A stretch of 64,000 bases of DNA from TPA_inf: Saccharomyces (taxonomy: Eukaryota): NCBI GenBank assembly GCA_000146045.2, contig BK006939.2:288001-352000 (forward strand). Reading direction: 5' to 3'. Shown piece after piece: positions 36,272 through 47,188 of the stretch. The position numbers were made by a program, and so were the translations under genes. Under the pieces are notes generated by a model that worked only from the letters and a program-made list of their open reading frames with translations, ran no database searches and was not told the DNA's origin. How positions within the stretch are numbered: the stretch's first letter is position 1; every line of letters starts with the position of its first letter.

Positions 36272-37936
36272 TTAGCCGAATCTGCTCAATGCCTCTTCGA
36301 TGACATCCTTGTGGTCTTCTGAAATTAGGCCTTGTTTGATTTGGTGGTTTCTTTTACGAATATTTTTCTCCTTATCCAGTTGTTTCTGTACTCTTAATTT
36401 TCTTTCATCAATAACGTTTTGAGTCTTTTTACGCAAAAAGGAACGCAAACCCGAATTCTTACCTTTCACATCAGGTTTTACATCTGGAATGTCGCTGTTG
36501 GTTTTGGCTTTATTATTAGCATCCATTGTAGTTTGCGCCAAATCCTTAGCGTTTAACCTTATGGTAGAAGACCTTTTATCCACTGAACCGATGGAATTCG
36601 GATCTAAAGTAATTGTATCTGCTGGCAGTTTGTTCAATAGGGTTCTGACTTCCTGTTCCTGTCTTTGTTTTTTGGTTTCGAATGGGTTTAATTCTAAGGC
36701 ATCGTAATTGGCTTCACCTGCACCAGGTACAATCAAATTCGTAATACCCGTTTGATGGCCTACACCTAGTAAATCTTCAAATGGTACGAATCCCAAATTT
36801 TCTACTTTGTTTCCGGCAAACAAATGTGACATGTAAGGGGTGTTTCTATGTGGGTTCCCTCCCATGGACCCGAAGCACGGTTTACTGTCTCCACTTAATT
36901 TTAAAGCGTCCTTCCACAACGTAACGTGAGGGCCCCTAGATAATGCCAATAGACCAGTATCTGAAATGGAAACGTTTGTTCCTGGCGTCGGTAAGCTTTC
37001 CACAGAATGTAGTTGCTTGAAGTTTCTGATATCCCAAATTTTCATCGACCTATCAGCCCCTGTGGTTGCCATGTAATACCCGCTTCTATCGATAGCAATG
37101 CTGTTCACTGGTCCTCTGGCAGAAAGTAATTTTACTAATGGTTCAGGCATGGATGGTGACCAGAGGGATACTGTACCGTTTGAATGACCTAGATGCATCA
37201 CAGCATTCCATGGGTTTTGTGCCATTGCCATAGTTGGCCCAGCTTTGGTCCTCAATTCCGAGACCAACTGGCCAGTGGAAACATCGTGGTACTTCAACCA
37301 ACCTGTCTCACCGGCAGTTACGAGCAGGTAATGATATGGTAGAAAATCTAAATGTCTTGCCTCAATATGTTGTTTCAAACGATGTAATTCTGTACCTTCG
37401 TGATCATAAATAAATGTATATTTTTTTTGCGCTACAGCAAAGTATTGTTCGTTTTGCAAATATGTCGCTGAGTGACAGGTTTCATTCAAAAACAGCTCAG
37501 CACGAAGTTGTCCCTTTCTCCAGTCCATAGATGCTACGTGACCTTTGCGGCCAGTAATCAAAAGATGCGTACCGTTTTTTGCATATTTTATATGATAAGG
37601 GCCGAATTCCTTCAAAGATAAATCCAAAGCTTTGTTTGCAGTACTGACATCCACACTCGATTTGATTTCCGATTGTTGCACTTTGAAAGTCTTTTCTAGC
37701 TCATTCTCAGGTTCCAAATAACCATTGGACTCGGGTAAAAGGTAATCTGTTGCCGCAGCAGAAGATACCGCCTTTTTATATTGCTCGTCTATTTTTTTCA
37801 AGCCTGCTCTTAGTTTTTTATCCTTTGTTTGAGTATGATTATTTTTAGCATTATTAGTATATGTGGAACGTTCAAATTTATTCTGGTTTTCTCTTTCTTT
37901 TATCTGGCGTCTGTGACCGTTCTTCTTGTGACCCAT
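36272..37936 (-). CDS. UTP7: UTP7, SSU processome WD40 protein, 554 aa.
   Basis: 554-aa ORF of exact length with WD40 repeats and a basic N-terminus (MGHKKNGHRRQIKERENQNK). Confidence 0.92.
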   Translation of the reverse strand: MGHKKNGHRRQIKERENQNKFERSTYTNNAKNNHTQTKDKKLRAGLKKIDEQYKKAVSSAAATDYLLPESNGYLEPENELEKTFKVQQSEIKSSVDVSTANKALDLSLKEFGPYHIKYAKNGTHLLITGRKGHVASMDWRKGQLRAELFLNETCHSATYLQNEQYFAVAQKKYTFIYDHEGTELHRLKQHIEARHLDFLPYHYLLVTAGETGWLKYHDVSTGQLVSELRTKAGPTMAMAQNPWNAVMHLGHSNGTVSLWSPSMPEPLVKLLSARGPVNSIAIDRSGYYMATTGADRSMKIWDIRNFKQLHSVESLPTPGTNVSISDTGLLALSRGPHVTLWKDALKLSGDSKPCFGSMGGNPHRNTPYMSHLFAGNKVENLGFVPFEDLLGVGHQTGITNLIVPGAGEANYDALELNPFETKKQRQEQEVRTLLNKLPADTITLDPNSIGSVDKRSSTIRLNAKDLAQTTMDANNKAKTNSDIPDVKPDVKGKNSGLRSFLRKKTQNVIDERKLRVQKQLDKEKNIRKRNHQIKQGLISEDHKDVIEEALSRFG

Positions 37937-38055
37937 TGTGTCGTTGGAATCTGGTTCAGTTTCTTAAAGCTAGGATACTGAGTTTTTAATGCTATATATG
38001 GATTTTTTTTTACTATTGAACTCCAATTCAGTTCTATACATCGATTTTTCACGAA

Positions 38056-38075
38056 CTCATCGCTTAGAAAATTTT
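38056..38075 (-). promoter_or_regulatory. PAC (GCGATGAG) plus RRPE (AAAATTTT) ribosome-biogenesis promoter elements upstream of UTP7.
   Basis: Forward ctcatcgc at 38056-38063 is GCGATGAG on the UTP7 strand. AAAATTTT lies at 38068-38075. They are adjacent and 120-140 bp upstream of the UTP7 ATG. Confidence 0.7.
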
Positions 38076-38173
38076 CTTACCGTTTTTCTTTTTTTTTCAA
38101 TTACCTGAAAAGAAAGCCGGGAATAATGTCGGGTTATGAGAACAATGTATTATATTACTGAACTATCTAGAAT

Positions 38174-39031
38174 TTATAAGTACGTCAATAAGCCTAAGAC
38201 AATTAGCACAAACGAAATGTCAGTGATTAGCATGGACAATAGATCCCAGTATTGCAAAAGGGTAATTAGCTTCCCCTTCAGGTTGGCGACGGGAATTACT
38301 CCCTCGGGCACCAGTGAAACTAACTTGACAAGTTTATTGGTATCTTGTAAATTTTTAATCTTGCTCTTGTGTTCCACATTCTTCAATAGCTGGTAGTAGA
38401 TGGATATGGAAAGGAACTCAAACGTGGCAAAAATTCTAGTGAAATTCGATGGGTTCCGCAAAGGTGCAAACCAAGCTGATTGAGTAAATGCATAGGCCGG
38501 CCACACAGAGGAATTTGGTCTTGTGATTAGGTATAGATAGGGTAGTAGGAAAAAGACCCACTTCACAAGAATGGTCCAGGCTTTCAGTCTGTTCAGCAAG
38601 TAATCATGGTAGTCCAAAGCAGCTTGATTGATCGGGGCTGCAGGAGCCGCTTGACCAAACGATGGTGTACCCTCTGCACTGGGCATGCCAGTGTTCATAG
38701 AACTTAGTAGTGAGAGTAGATCGGGCGTAGAGGAGTCCTGAGGGGTACTTTTACCCGTACCTTGGCCTTGCATGGCAGCGAGCTGTTTCAATAGGTCCAA
38801 TTGGGGCGCTACGTTGCTATCTTCTTTGATATCTGGAGTAGCCGAATGCACACTCGCAGGTGGTGTGGTCTTTGCAGCGCTAGGAGCGTCTAAAGGTGAT
38901 TCTGCGTTCAAATGACTGCTTGCCTGCCCGGTGATTTTATTAAGCCTGGAGCTGGCACCTCCATTGCTAAACTTCTTCTGTCTCCTTTCCCTTAGTAACC
39001 TGCGCTTTTCCGCCTCTGTTAATTCAGACAT
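38174..39031 (-). CDS. GET2: GET2, ER receptor for tail-anchored protein insertion, 285 aa.
   Basis: The first ATG gives MSELTEAEKRRLLRERRQKKFSNGGASSRLNKITGQ..., with a basic N-terminus and three C-terminal transmembrane segments. The track ORF extends 22 codons further to a GTG or TTG. Confidence 0.9.
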   Translation of the reverse strand: MSELTEAEKRRLLRERRQKKFSNGGASSRLNKITGQASSHLNAESPLDAPSAAKTTPPASVHSATPDIKEDSNVAPQLDLLKQLAAMQGQGTGKSTPQDSSTPDLLSLLSSMNTGMPSAEGTPSFGQAAPAAPINQAALDYHDYLLNRLKAWTILVKWVFFLLPYLYLITRPNSSVWPAYAFTQSAWFAPLRNPSNFTRIFATFEFLSISIYYQLLKNVEHKSKIKNLQDTNKLVKLVSLVPEGVIPVANLKGKLITLLQYWDLLSMLITDISFVLIVLGLLTYL

Positions 39032-39064
39032 ATTTCCTAGAGCTACGTTGCTGATGCTACAAAC

Positions 39065-39451
39065 ATGGAAGAGCTCATTTGTACATATCCATATCATTCA
39101 AATCTTTTCATGTTCCTATTCTTGTTCTTTTGTCCCAGCAAACGCGCACGGCGGGGTCACCCCAAATTTTTATTTACCTTATGTTATAAGAGCAACCATC
39201 TCATCCCCAAACTTCTCCCTCCCTCCCTTTTCACAAAGAGAGTAATGCTCAACCCAAGTAGCCATCCGCCTTCCCCGGATTTTCCCACAGGATCTTCTGC
39301 AAGTCCTAGGGTCAAACTGAGACCATCCACGTTGTGGGCACCACCACTCACAGTATCCTCTGACTTTGCGGCTTCCAGTAGTTCTACTGCCCCTGTCACC
39401 GTCACAGATAAACCTGTCACACCCGCTGTATCAAAGCGGTATCAACCTTAA
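39065..39451 (+). CDS. YER084W, small uncharacterised Pro/Ser-rich ORF, 128 aa. Its coding status is uncertain.
   Basis: 128-aa ATG ORF at the annotated length. It is low-complexity with no recognisable domain. An antisense ORF at 39184..39420 overlaps it. Confidence 0.45.
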   Translation: MEELICTYPYHSNLFMFLFLFFCPSKRARRGHPKFLFTLCYKSNHLIPKLLPPSLFTKRVMLNPSSHPPSPDFPTGSSASPRVKLRPSTLWAPPLTVSSDFAASSSSTAPVTVTDKPVTPAVSKRYQP

Positions 39452-39618
39452 CTCAGATTTTCAAGAAACAGAATAGCACATTCTCTAACATCAAGTTATC
39501 ATACCAATATATAACACAAATTATGCATAAATAGATAAGTAATATGTCCCTCTGCCCCTGCCTTTCCCTTTCCAGATGCTGGCATCGAAAGTAAGGCATG
39601 TATTTGTATGTAAGTTTT

Positions 39619-40140
39619 TTAATTAATAGTCTTCTTCTTTCTTATCAGTCGTGCTCTTCTTTCCAAATTAATAGGTTTGAATCTTATCGGAATCACCTGG
39701 AATTCGTTCTCATTACATGGCCGCCCACCATGCACCTTTACATTTCGTATTTCTTTCCTCTCTGCGCTATATCTTTGGGAAAGATTTGCAATCAAGGCAA
39801 ACACCCGCTTGTCCCCTTTCAATTCTTGTGTTATTTCAAAAACCATCCTTTCATAATATATTTGTATTTCTTTCGCCCTGGACTCTACCAGTTCATATTT
39901 AGAACCTTCCACATATCGTCCAATTCTGCAGCCCACATCTTTTTCCACCACGATACGGGAAACAGAATGGGTCCTTGGATTCTCGCTAAACAGTCTCTCT
40001 ATTCCCCTGTTCAAAACCCTCAAGATATTTGTTTCCCGCAACAGCTGCAATTGCAATTGATCAATCCTATGCGAAAATGCCGAGTTTATGTTATTCAAGA
40101 CGCATTTTAAAAAATTCACTAGCGGCTCCTTGAAATTCAT
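39619..40140 (-). CDS. YER085C, uncharacterised protein, 173 aa.
   Basis: The first ATG ([17 protein letters not shown]...) gives 173 aa. The track ORF starts 13 codons upstream at a TTG. Confidence 0.7.
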
Positions 40141-40476
40141 TATGTCTGATGAATATGAAAACCTTTTCCTGACTACCAAGACTCTTTAACTCTTCTCTCT
40201 TTATTGCATATTATCTCTGCTATTTTGTGACGTTCAATTTTAATTGACGCGAAAAAGAAAAAATAAGAAGGGCAAAAAGAAAAAGCGCAGCGGGTAGCAA
40301 ATTTGGAATCGCATAAAAAGAAAAAAAAAATATCAAAGAAAAAGAGTCATCTCAAACATATGTCTGCAGATACTTCATTATCAGCTTTGAAAACTTTTGT
40401 TGTTGCTGCTTTGAGTTCTTTCTTGTGTGAGTGCTACAAGCCACATTTAAACTAAGTCAATTACACAAAGTTAGTG

Positions 40477-42207
40477 ATGTCAGCTACTCTACTAAAGCAA
40501 CCATTATGTACGGTTGTTCGGCAAGGTAAACAGTCCAAAGTGTCTGGATTGAACCTTTTGAGACTAAAGGCTCATTTGCACAGACAACACCTGTCACCTT
40601 CCTTGATAAAACTACACTCTGAATTGAAATTGGATGAGCTGCAAACTGATAACACCCCTGATTACGTCCGTTTAGTTTTAAGGTCCTCTGTATACGATGT
40701 TATTAATGAATCTCCAATCTCTCAAGGTGTAGGTTTGTCTTCCCGTCTAAACACGAATGTCATCTTGAAAAGAGAAGATCTATTGCCTGTTTTCTCTTTC
40801 AAGCTTCGTGGTGCCTATAACATGATTGCCAAGTTGGACGATTCTCAAAGAAACCAGGGTGTTATTGCCTGTTCAGCTGGGAATCATGCCCAAGGTGTGG
40901 CCTTTGCTGCTAAACACTTGAAAATACCTGCTACTATCGTTATGCCTGTTTGTACACCATCTATTAAGTATCAAAATGTCTCGAGATTAGGGTCTCAAGT
41001 CGTCCTATATGGTAACGATTTTGACGAGGCTAAGGCTGAATGTGCCAAATTGGCTGAAGAGCGTGGCTTGACGAACATTCCTCCTTTCGATCATCCTTAT
41101 GTCATTGCCGGTCAAGGTACTGTAGCTATGGAAATCCTAAGACAAGTACGTACCGCTAATAAGATCGGTGCTGTCTTTGTTCCCGTCGGCGGTGGTGGTT
41201 TAATTGCTGGTATTGGTGCTTATTTGAAAAGGGTTGCTCCTCATATCAAAATCATTGGTGTTGAAACTTACGATGCGGCCACTTTACATAATTCCTTGCA
41301 ACGCAACCAGAGAACTCCTTTACCTGTGGTGGGTACTTTTGCCGATGGTACGTCTGTGCGTATGATTGGTGAAGAAACATTTAGAGTCGCCCAACAAGTG
41401 GTTGATGAAGTTGTTCTTGTTAACACTGACGAAATCTGTGCTGCAGTAAAGGATATTTTTGAAGATACTAGAAGTATTGTAGAACCATCTGGTGCCCTTT
41501 CAGTAGCCGGTATGAAGAAATACATCTCTACCGTACATCCAGAAATTGACCACACTAAAAACACCTATGTTCCCATCCTTTCTGGTGCTAACATGAACTT
41601 TGATAGATTAAGATTTGTTTCCGAACGTGCTGTTCTTGGTGAAGGAAAGGAAGTCTTCATGTTAGTTACTTTACCCGACGTCCCTGGTGCGTTCAAGAAA
41701 ATGCAAAAGATCATCCACCCAAGATCTGTCACTGAATTCTCTTACCGTTACAATGAACATCGTCATGAGTCCTCTAGTGAAGTGCCCAAGGCTTACATTT
41801 ACACTTCTTTCAGCGTCGTTGACAGAGAAAAGGAAATCAAGCAAGTTATGCAACAGTTGAATGCTTTAGGTTTTGAAGCTGTGGATATCTCCGATAACGA
41901 ATTGGCTAAATCTCATGGTAGATACTTGGTTGGTGGTGCTTCTAAGGTTCCTAATGAAAGAATTATTTCATTTGAATTCCCTGAAAGACCAGGTGCCTTG
42001 ACTAGGTTCCTTGGAGGCCTAAGCGATTCTTGGAATCTTACTTTATTCCATTATAGAAACCATGGTGCCGATATCGGTAAGGTTTTAGCTGGTATTTCCG
42101 TTCCTCCAAGGGAAAACTTAACCTTCCAAAAATTCTTGGAAGATTTAGGCTACACTTATCATGATGAAACTGATAACACTGTTTATCAAAAATTCTTGAA
42201 ATATTAA
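40477..42207 (+). CDS. ILV1: ILV1, threonine deaminase (PLP-dependent, with tandem ACT-like regulatory domains), 576 aa.
   Basis: ATG at 40477 ([10 protein letters not shown]...); a GTG one codon upstream produced the track's MMSATL start. The PLP-lysine motif (SFKLRGAYN) and the mitochondrial presequence are present. Confidence 0.95.
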
Positions 42208-42575
42208 AACCGACAATTTACTTTATAAATTTACGCAACAACTTGTTAGGTAAAATGAACGTCGTCATAATTTAAATACTAGACAGCGCGTGTATGTTAC
42301 TCATATTTATACTCATATCATGTGAACCTATAAACCAATTCAATACAAGATTTACAGTTCTCTTGTTTTCTTCTTCCAGTTTTCCCCTTTTATTTCCTGT
42401 AGAATAAACTTAAACAGTGATCATTAATTTATAATTTTCTGCTTTGTAAATACGGCGGTAATGGATGAACAAATGAAAACAAGGTTTGAAACATAGACGT
42501 AAGGATTTTATACTCCTTTCAAAACCACTAATTGACCAACGCCTTTTTTTGAAGATTGACTTCTTCCACATAGCC

Positions 42576-44306
42576 ATGTTGAAATATCGTACATTGTCTC
42601 GATCATGTCATATTTTTCACCCAAAATCTCTTTCAAACAATACCCTGAAATCTGAAACTACTCAGGAACTACTTCAAACTGTGGGATTCGTAAGACGCTC
42701 GCAGGTTGGGTTGTTCCAATGGCTGCCACTTGGACTCAGATCACTTAATAAAGTATCAAATGCTATACGGAACCGAATGGATAGCGATGGTGGAGCCATA
42801 GAAGTTTCATTAAGTGCTATCTCGTCAAAAGCATTATGGCAAGCGACGGATCGCTGGAACAACAGTGAATTATTTAAATTGAAGGATTCTAAAGGGAAGC
42901 AGTACTGCTTGACAGCAACATGTGAGGAGGACATTACAGATTTAATGAAAAATTACATTGCTAGTTATAAAGATATGCCTATCACAATATACCAAATGAC
43001 AAGAAAATATAGGGACGAAATCAGACCCAGGGGTGGTATCTTACGTGGACGAGAATTTTTAATGAAGGATGCGTATTCGTTTGCTAGTAATGAAGAGGAT
43101 GCGTTTGCCAGTTTTCAAAAGCTAGATGATACTTACAATAAGATATTCAAAGATCTGAAAATCCCCTTTGTTAGTGCGTGGGCAGATAGCGGTGACATTG
43201 GCGGTGAGTTTAGCAAAGAATTTCACCTGATTCATGAATCCGGTGAGGATACCTTGATGAGTTGCAAACATTGCGGCGATATATCAACTTTGGATATGTC
43301 CCAGTCATATCCTGAAAAAGATGGTCAATATTCAGGTGATGTCGATTGTAAGTATGCTTTGACTAAGGATCACTCAACATTGATATGTTTCTACTATCCA
43401 AAGGATAGACAATTGAATTGGAATTTAGCATTAAATGCTATGGATAAAGACATCGATTTGACGTTGAGGAACAAACCAAATGATCACGTCTTACAAGTCT
43501 ACGAAAAAGATAACGAAGATATTATGTTCAGTAAAATATTAAGAGTTATGGACTGTAGATTGAATTCAAAATCCAACTTTCCTGATTTTCCACTAAAGAA
43601 ATACCTGAAAAATAATTTTGGTCAAATCAGTGACGTTTCTATAGTGGATGCACAGGAAAACGAAATCTGTGGCAAATGTGAGGAAGGAAGGTTAGAACCT
43701 CTCAAAAGTATTGAGGTAGGCCACATATTTTTGCTGGGTAATAAATACTCGAAGCCGTTAAATGTCAAGTTTGTCGACAAAGAAAACAAAAACGAGACAT
43801 TTGTCCATATGGGTTGCTACGGCATTGGAGTAAGCAGGCTAGTTGGAGCAATTGCTGAACTAGGGCGTGATTCCAATGGATTTAGATGGCCCGCTATAAT
43901 GGCTCCATACAAAGTATCGATTTGTACTGGACCAAATAATCCTGAAAACTCACAGAGGTTACAGGATGTTAAATCAGAGCTGCTGAATGATCCTACCATG
44001 CAAAATTTACAGAATGACATCCTTGACCAGTTTAATGAAAAACTGGGTATAGGTGCTAGAATAAAATTATCGCATGCCATGGGTATACCATTATGTGTTA
44101 TCGTGGGCTCAAAAAGTTGGCCCAATGTGGAAATTGAAGTTCGTGGCATAAGATGGGGAGAAAAGGACCTGTGGAGAAAGCAGTTTGAAAAAAGATGTAG
44201 CGAACTGCAATGGAAGTGTACCAAAAATGAACATGGAATTGAGAAACATACTGTTCCAATCCAGCATTTAGCGGAAGTCATTGGCGTATTGCTAAAGGAT
44301 ATGTAG
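42576..44306 (+). CDS. AIM10: AIM10, mitochondrial prolyl-tRNA synthetase homolog, 576 aa.
   Basis: The first ATG is at 42576 (MLKYRTLSRS...); the track ORF starts at a TTG 30 codons upstream. It has class II aaRS motifs and ProRS-like anticodon-binding similarity. Confidence 0.85.
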   Translation: MLKYRTLSRSCHIFHPKSLSNNTLKSETTQELLQTVGFVRRSQVGLFQWLPLGLRSLNKVSNAIRNRMDSDGGAIEVSLSAISSKALWQATDRWNNSELFKLKDSKGKQYCLTATCEEDITDLMKNYIASYKDMPITIYQMTRKYRDEIRPRGGILRGREFLMKDAYSFASNEEDAFASFQKLDDTYNKIFKDLKIPFVSAWADSGDIGGEFSKEFHLIHESGEDTLMSCKHCGDISTLDMSQSYPEKDGQYSGDVDCKYALTKDHSTLICFYYPKDRQLNWNLALNAMDKDIDLTLRNKPNDHVLQVYEKDNEDIMFSKILRVMDCRLNSKSNFPDFPLKKYLKNNFGQISDVSIVDAQENEICGKCEEGRLEPLKSIEVGHIFLLGNKYSKPLNVKFVDKENKNETFVHMGCYGIGVSRLVGAIAELGRDSNGFRWPAIMAPYKVSICTGPNNPENSQRLQDVKSELLNDPTMQNLQNDILDQFNEKLGIGARIKLSHAMGIPLCVIVGSKSWPNVEIEVRGIRWGEKDLWRKQFEKRCSELQWKCTKNEHGIEKHTVPIQHLAEVIGVLLKDM

Positions 44307-44581
44307 CCACAAAGCAAGCCATTTCCGTCTTGTATACATGTATATAACACCAAAATAAAAAGAACCATGAATTGAAAAACATACCTCGTTCTGTGGAAGT
44401 AAGTATTTAGTGTATTAAAGATATATACGTGCTTCTATAGAAACTTGAATCAAAAAGTACCGTGGACGTTATCCGATGGCAGGAATTTATTCAAAACAAG
44501 GCAATTCTCGCGTTCGTTTGCTCGTAGTCTTGTTTTGTCAAATAGGGTGGATAAAAGCTGAATCATTACTGAAGAAAATTC

Positions 44582-44830
44582 TTAAAATAACTTACCGGCA
44601 ACTTTAGAAATAACATGTAATGCAACAACAGAAAAGATGAAACCGACCGCTAGAAACAACACAACTAAGGGATCTACTCTTAGTCCCGTAGCCTCATCAG
44701 AATAAATCTTCAAAATCGAATTATTGCTGTTCGTGTTTTTCTTTGGAGCGGATGCCGCAACTTTTTGTGAACTTCCCTGTTTTCTCTTTTGCAAAGTACG
44801 TTGACCACCTGGAGGAGTTGGGCTTGACAT
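44582..44830 (-). CDS. SBH1: SBH1, Sec61 translocon beta subunit, 82 aa, tail-anchored.
   Basis: Exact 82-aa match (MSSPTPPGGQRTLQKRKQGSSQKVAASAPKK...LVVLFLAVGFIFSVVALHVISKVAGKLF). Confidence 0.93.
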   Translation of the reverse strand: MSSPTPPGGQRTLQKRKQGSSQKVAASAPKKNTNSNNSILKIYSDEATGLRVDPLVVLFLAVGFIFSVVALHVISKVAGKLF

Positions 44831-45175
44831 TATGGAGTATGGTAGGAGGTAGAGTGTGGTGTTTTGAAGTGGTGGTTGAAATCTTTTCCCTTCATCAAAA
44901 GGCTACCGTGTATTAAAATAAAAACACGATTTTTTATGATGCTTTCCTTTTCCAATGTGAAAAGTTCAGGGTAACGTTGTTTGCGTTCCACGAAAAAAAA
45001 TAGTTGAAGCGGAAATGAAGAATGGATGAATACGTCATATAAACCAAAGAAACTTTTATACTTTTAAATATGCTAAACTATAGAAATTTAATGAACAAGC
45101 CCGCTAAATTCACATTTTTCTTTTTGTTGTTGATATTTTTTTATTTTTATTTTTTTTTCATTTTAAGTTTTCCCC

Positions 45176-47188
45176 TCACAGCATATCCTTGAAGATAGTG
45201 TTTATGCTTGGCAGCGGACTGTTGTTTGTGGTAGTAGTTGTAGAACTAGAGTGGTTTATCATGTTATTGGTGGTTTCGGTAGTGATGGATGTAGTTGTGG
45301 AAGAAGGCTTCGGTCTCGGAGTAATGGCTTCAGAACGAAAGTTGTTTAACAAAGCAATATCTTGCGGGTTTTTGGAATTAGGGGTGCGATTCATGGTTGC
45401 AGCCGAGGAGCTGGTATCGGAGGTTATGGTGCACCTAGAACCAGCATCAGAAGTATTCGATGAATCATCTGCGGGATCCGGTGAAAAGATCGGATCCGGT
45501 GAAACGTCTTTGGAGGATATGTTGGAACTGCTGGATGAAAAGACAGTCTTGTTACTGGATTGTTTAGCACGGTGCAGCGGGTCTACATTATCTTCGTCAT
45601 CATCGTTACTACCATCACCCATAACGTCCTCTTTGTCGCTACCTTTGTCATCATCAGTGGTAGAACCACTTTTGAACATTCTTGGACAAGTTTTCTTGGA
45701 CAGAGTTTTTTGAGGTGAATGTGTAGGAGACAACATATCCGCATCACTTGACAAGGCGTTTAATCTCCATTGAATTTCCACCTCAGTTCTCTGCGGCAAA
45801 AGAATGGATAGTTCCATAACGGATAGGTTTCTCTTTTTGTTTTCCATTAGCAAAGCGTCTTCATCTTTTGACCATAGATTAGTCGGATTACACGATGACT
45901 TCATAGAATGGCCAGAAAACGAACCTCGTTTAGACTTATGCAAAGTGGATGACGATGACACCGATGAAGAATGTGGGAGATCCATAAAGGTATAAGAGTT
46001 GGGGAAAATGGGCCCGTTGTTGGAGGTAGGACCTCCACTGTTACTTAAGTTGTTTAATCTTTGCTGAAATTCCTTCTTGATGACAGATTCCCTTCTTGAG
46101 TTGGTATTAGAAGTAGAAGCAGTGTTACTGCCGCTATTGTTGACATTGAATATGTTTGACACGGAATTTGGTGCAAGAATCATTGAAGACCGTCTTGAAG
46201 TGTTGTTACTTGAAACATTAAACGATGATCTTCTGGACCAATTCGCAAGCGAGCCCCTTCTTGACTTTGAGCTTAGTAAGACATGCGAAGAGTTTGGAGA
46301 AGACGGAGTAGTGGTTATTGCTACCTGTTGTGGATAGGCAAACGAACTTCTTCTGGATCTAACGAATACTTTAGGAATGAATCCATACTTCTCCTCATCA
46401 TTAGACCGAACGATGGGGTCTTGGTTCAAAGAATTGGTGAAGGAGTGAGAGTTTGACCTTGGCTTTAGAGTCTTATGATGGGGATGGTGGTGTAGGTGTT
46501 GATGAGGATGATGAGGGAGTGCGGCCGGCAGCGTGGGAGGAGCGAACGGCATGGAAGAAGCAGCGTTTGAGACAATCGTAGTGGGAGTCACATTGGACGG
46601 AGATTGAGAAAATGACATCGATGCGTGAAACGAAGGCAACGAGGTCTTTCTGGAGGGAATCGGGATGGATGACGTTGTAGTGAACTCAGCAGTATCTTCC
46701 GTTAATACGTTTTCTTCTACCTTCTTGCTGGGCTTTTGCTGAGCGTTGGCAGTCTCATCGCCGTGGGTGATCTTGAGTGGGCCCGTATAGGTGTTGATGT
46801 CGATCAAAGCAGTCTTGTTCGACTTCAAGTTACCAGACTTCAACCTTCTCCATCTGAACTGACACGCGTTAGGAGTCCTGTTTGGGAAGTATTGCGAAAT
46901 ATCCTTCCAGCCCATTTTCTTGACCTCCTTTAAATGACGTAGCAGCAGATCATCTTGAGGGTCCCAAGAGGAAGGGTTCTTGCTCGAATTCTTGGAAGAC
47001 GCAGATGCCGATGCCGAAGTCGACGATGAAGAGGAAGCTGGCAGAGAGGGCGAAGATTCCTGGGCTTCGTTCTTGGACATAGCTGTTGACGACGAGTGTG
47101 GCTGACGAGTGAGTGAGTGTAGCTGAGGATGGGTGTCCATGCTGCTCAAATGAATGGAAGCTGAGTTCAAACTGGTTGAAATGGACAT
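45176..47188 (-). CDS. DOT6: DOT6, Myb-like PAC-motif-binding repressor of ribosome-biogenesis genes, 670 aa.
   Basis: The first ATG gives MSISTSLNSASIHLSSMDTHPQ..., whereas the track ORF starts at a GTG 61 codons upstream. It has a Myb/SANT domain (WDPQDDLLLRHLKEVKKMGWKDISQYFPNRTPNACQFRWRRL) and long Ser-rich disordered regions. Confidence 0.9.
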   Translation of the reverse strand: MSISTSLNSASIHLSSMDTHPQLHSLTRQPHSSSTAMSKNEAQESSPSLPASSSSSTSASASASSKNSSKNPSSWDPQDDLLLRHLKEVKKMGWKDISQYFPNRTPNACQFRWRRLKSGNLKSNKTALIDINTYTGPLKITHGDETANAQQKPSKKVEENVLTEDTAEFTTTSSIPIPSRKTSLPSFHASMSFSQSPSNVTPTTIVSNAASSMPFAPPTLPAALPHHPHQHLHHHPHHKTLKPRSNSHSFTNSLNQDPIVRSNDEEKYGFIPKVFVRSRRSSFAYPQQVAITTTPSSPNSSHVLLSSKSRRGSLANWSRRSSFNVSSNNTSRRSSMILAPNSVSNIFNVNNSGSNTASTSNTNSRRESVIKKEFQQRLNNLSNSGGPTSNNGPIFPNSYTFMDLPHSSSVSSSSTLHKSKRGSFSGHSMKSSCNPTNLWSKDEDALLMENKKRNLSVMELSILLPQRTEVEIQWRLNALSSDADMLSPTHSPQKTLSKKTCPRMFKSGSTTDDDKGSDKEDVMGDGSNDDDEDNVDPLHRAKQSSNKTVFSSSSSNISSKDVSPDPIFSPDPADDSSNTSDAGSRCTITSDTSSSAATMNRTPNSKNPQDIALLNNFRSEAITPRPKPSSTTTSITTETTNNMINHSSSTTTTTNNSPLPSINTIFKDML

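Noticed and set aside
40141-40476. Gcn4 (TGACTC) sites in the ILV1 promoter.
   Set aside because: Only weak variants (TGACTA) were seen by eye. Not enough to call, although ILV1 is known to be under general amino-acid control.
45189-46933. Several plus-strand ORFs inside DOT6 (45189..45713, 45804..45995, 46077..46337, 46736..46933), and similar antisense ORFs inside MET6, TSC11, PTP3, MRX1 and ARG5,6.
   Set aside because: They are antisense to long conserved genes. The long Ser/Asp-rich coding repeats of the sense gene leave the opposite strand open by chance.
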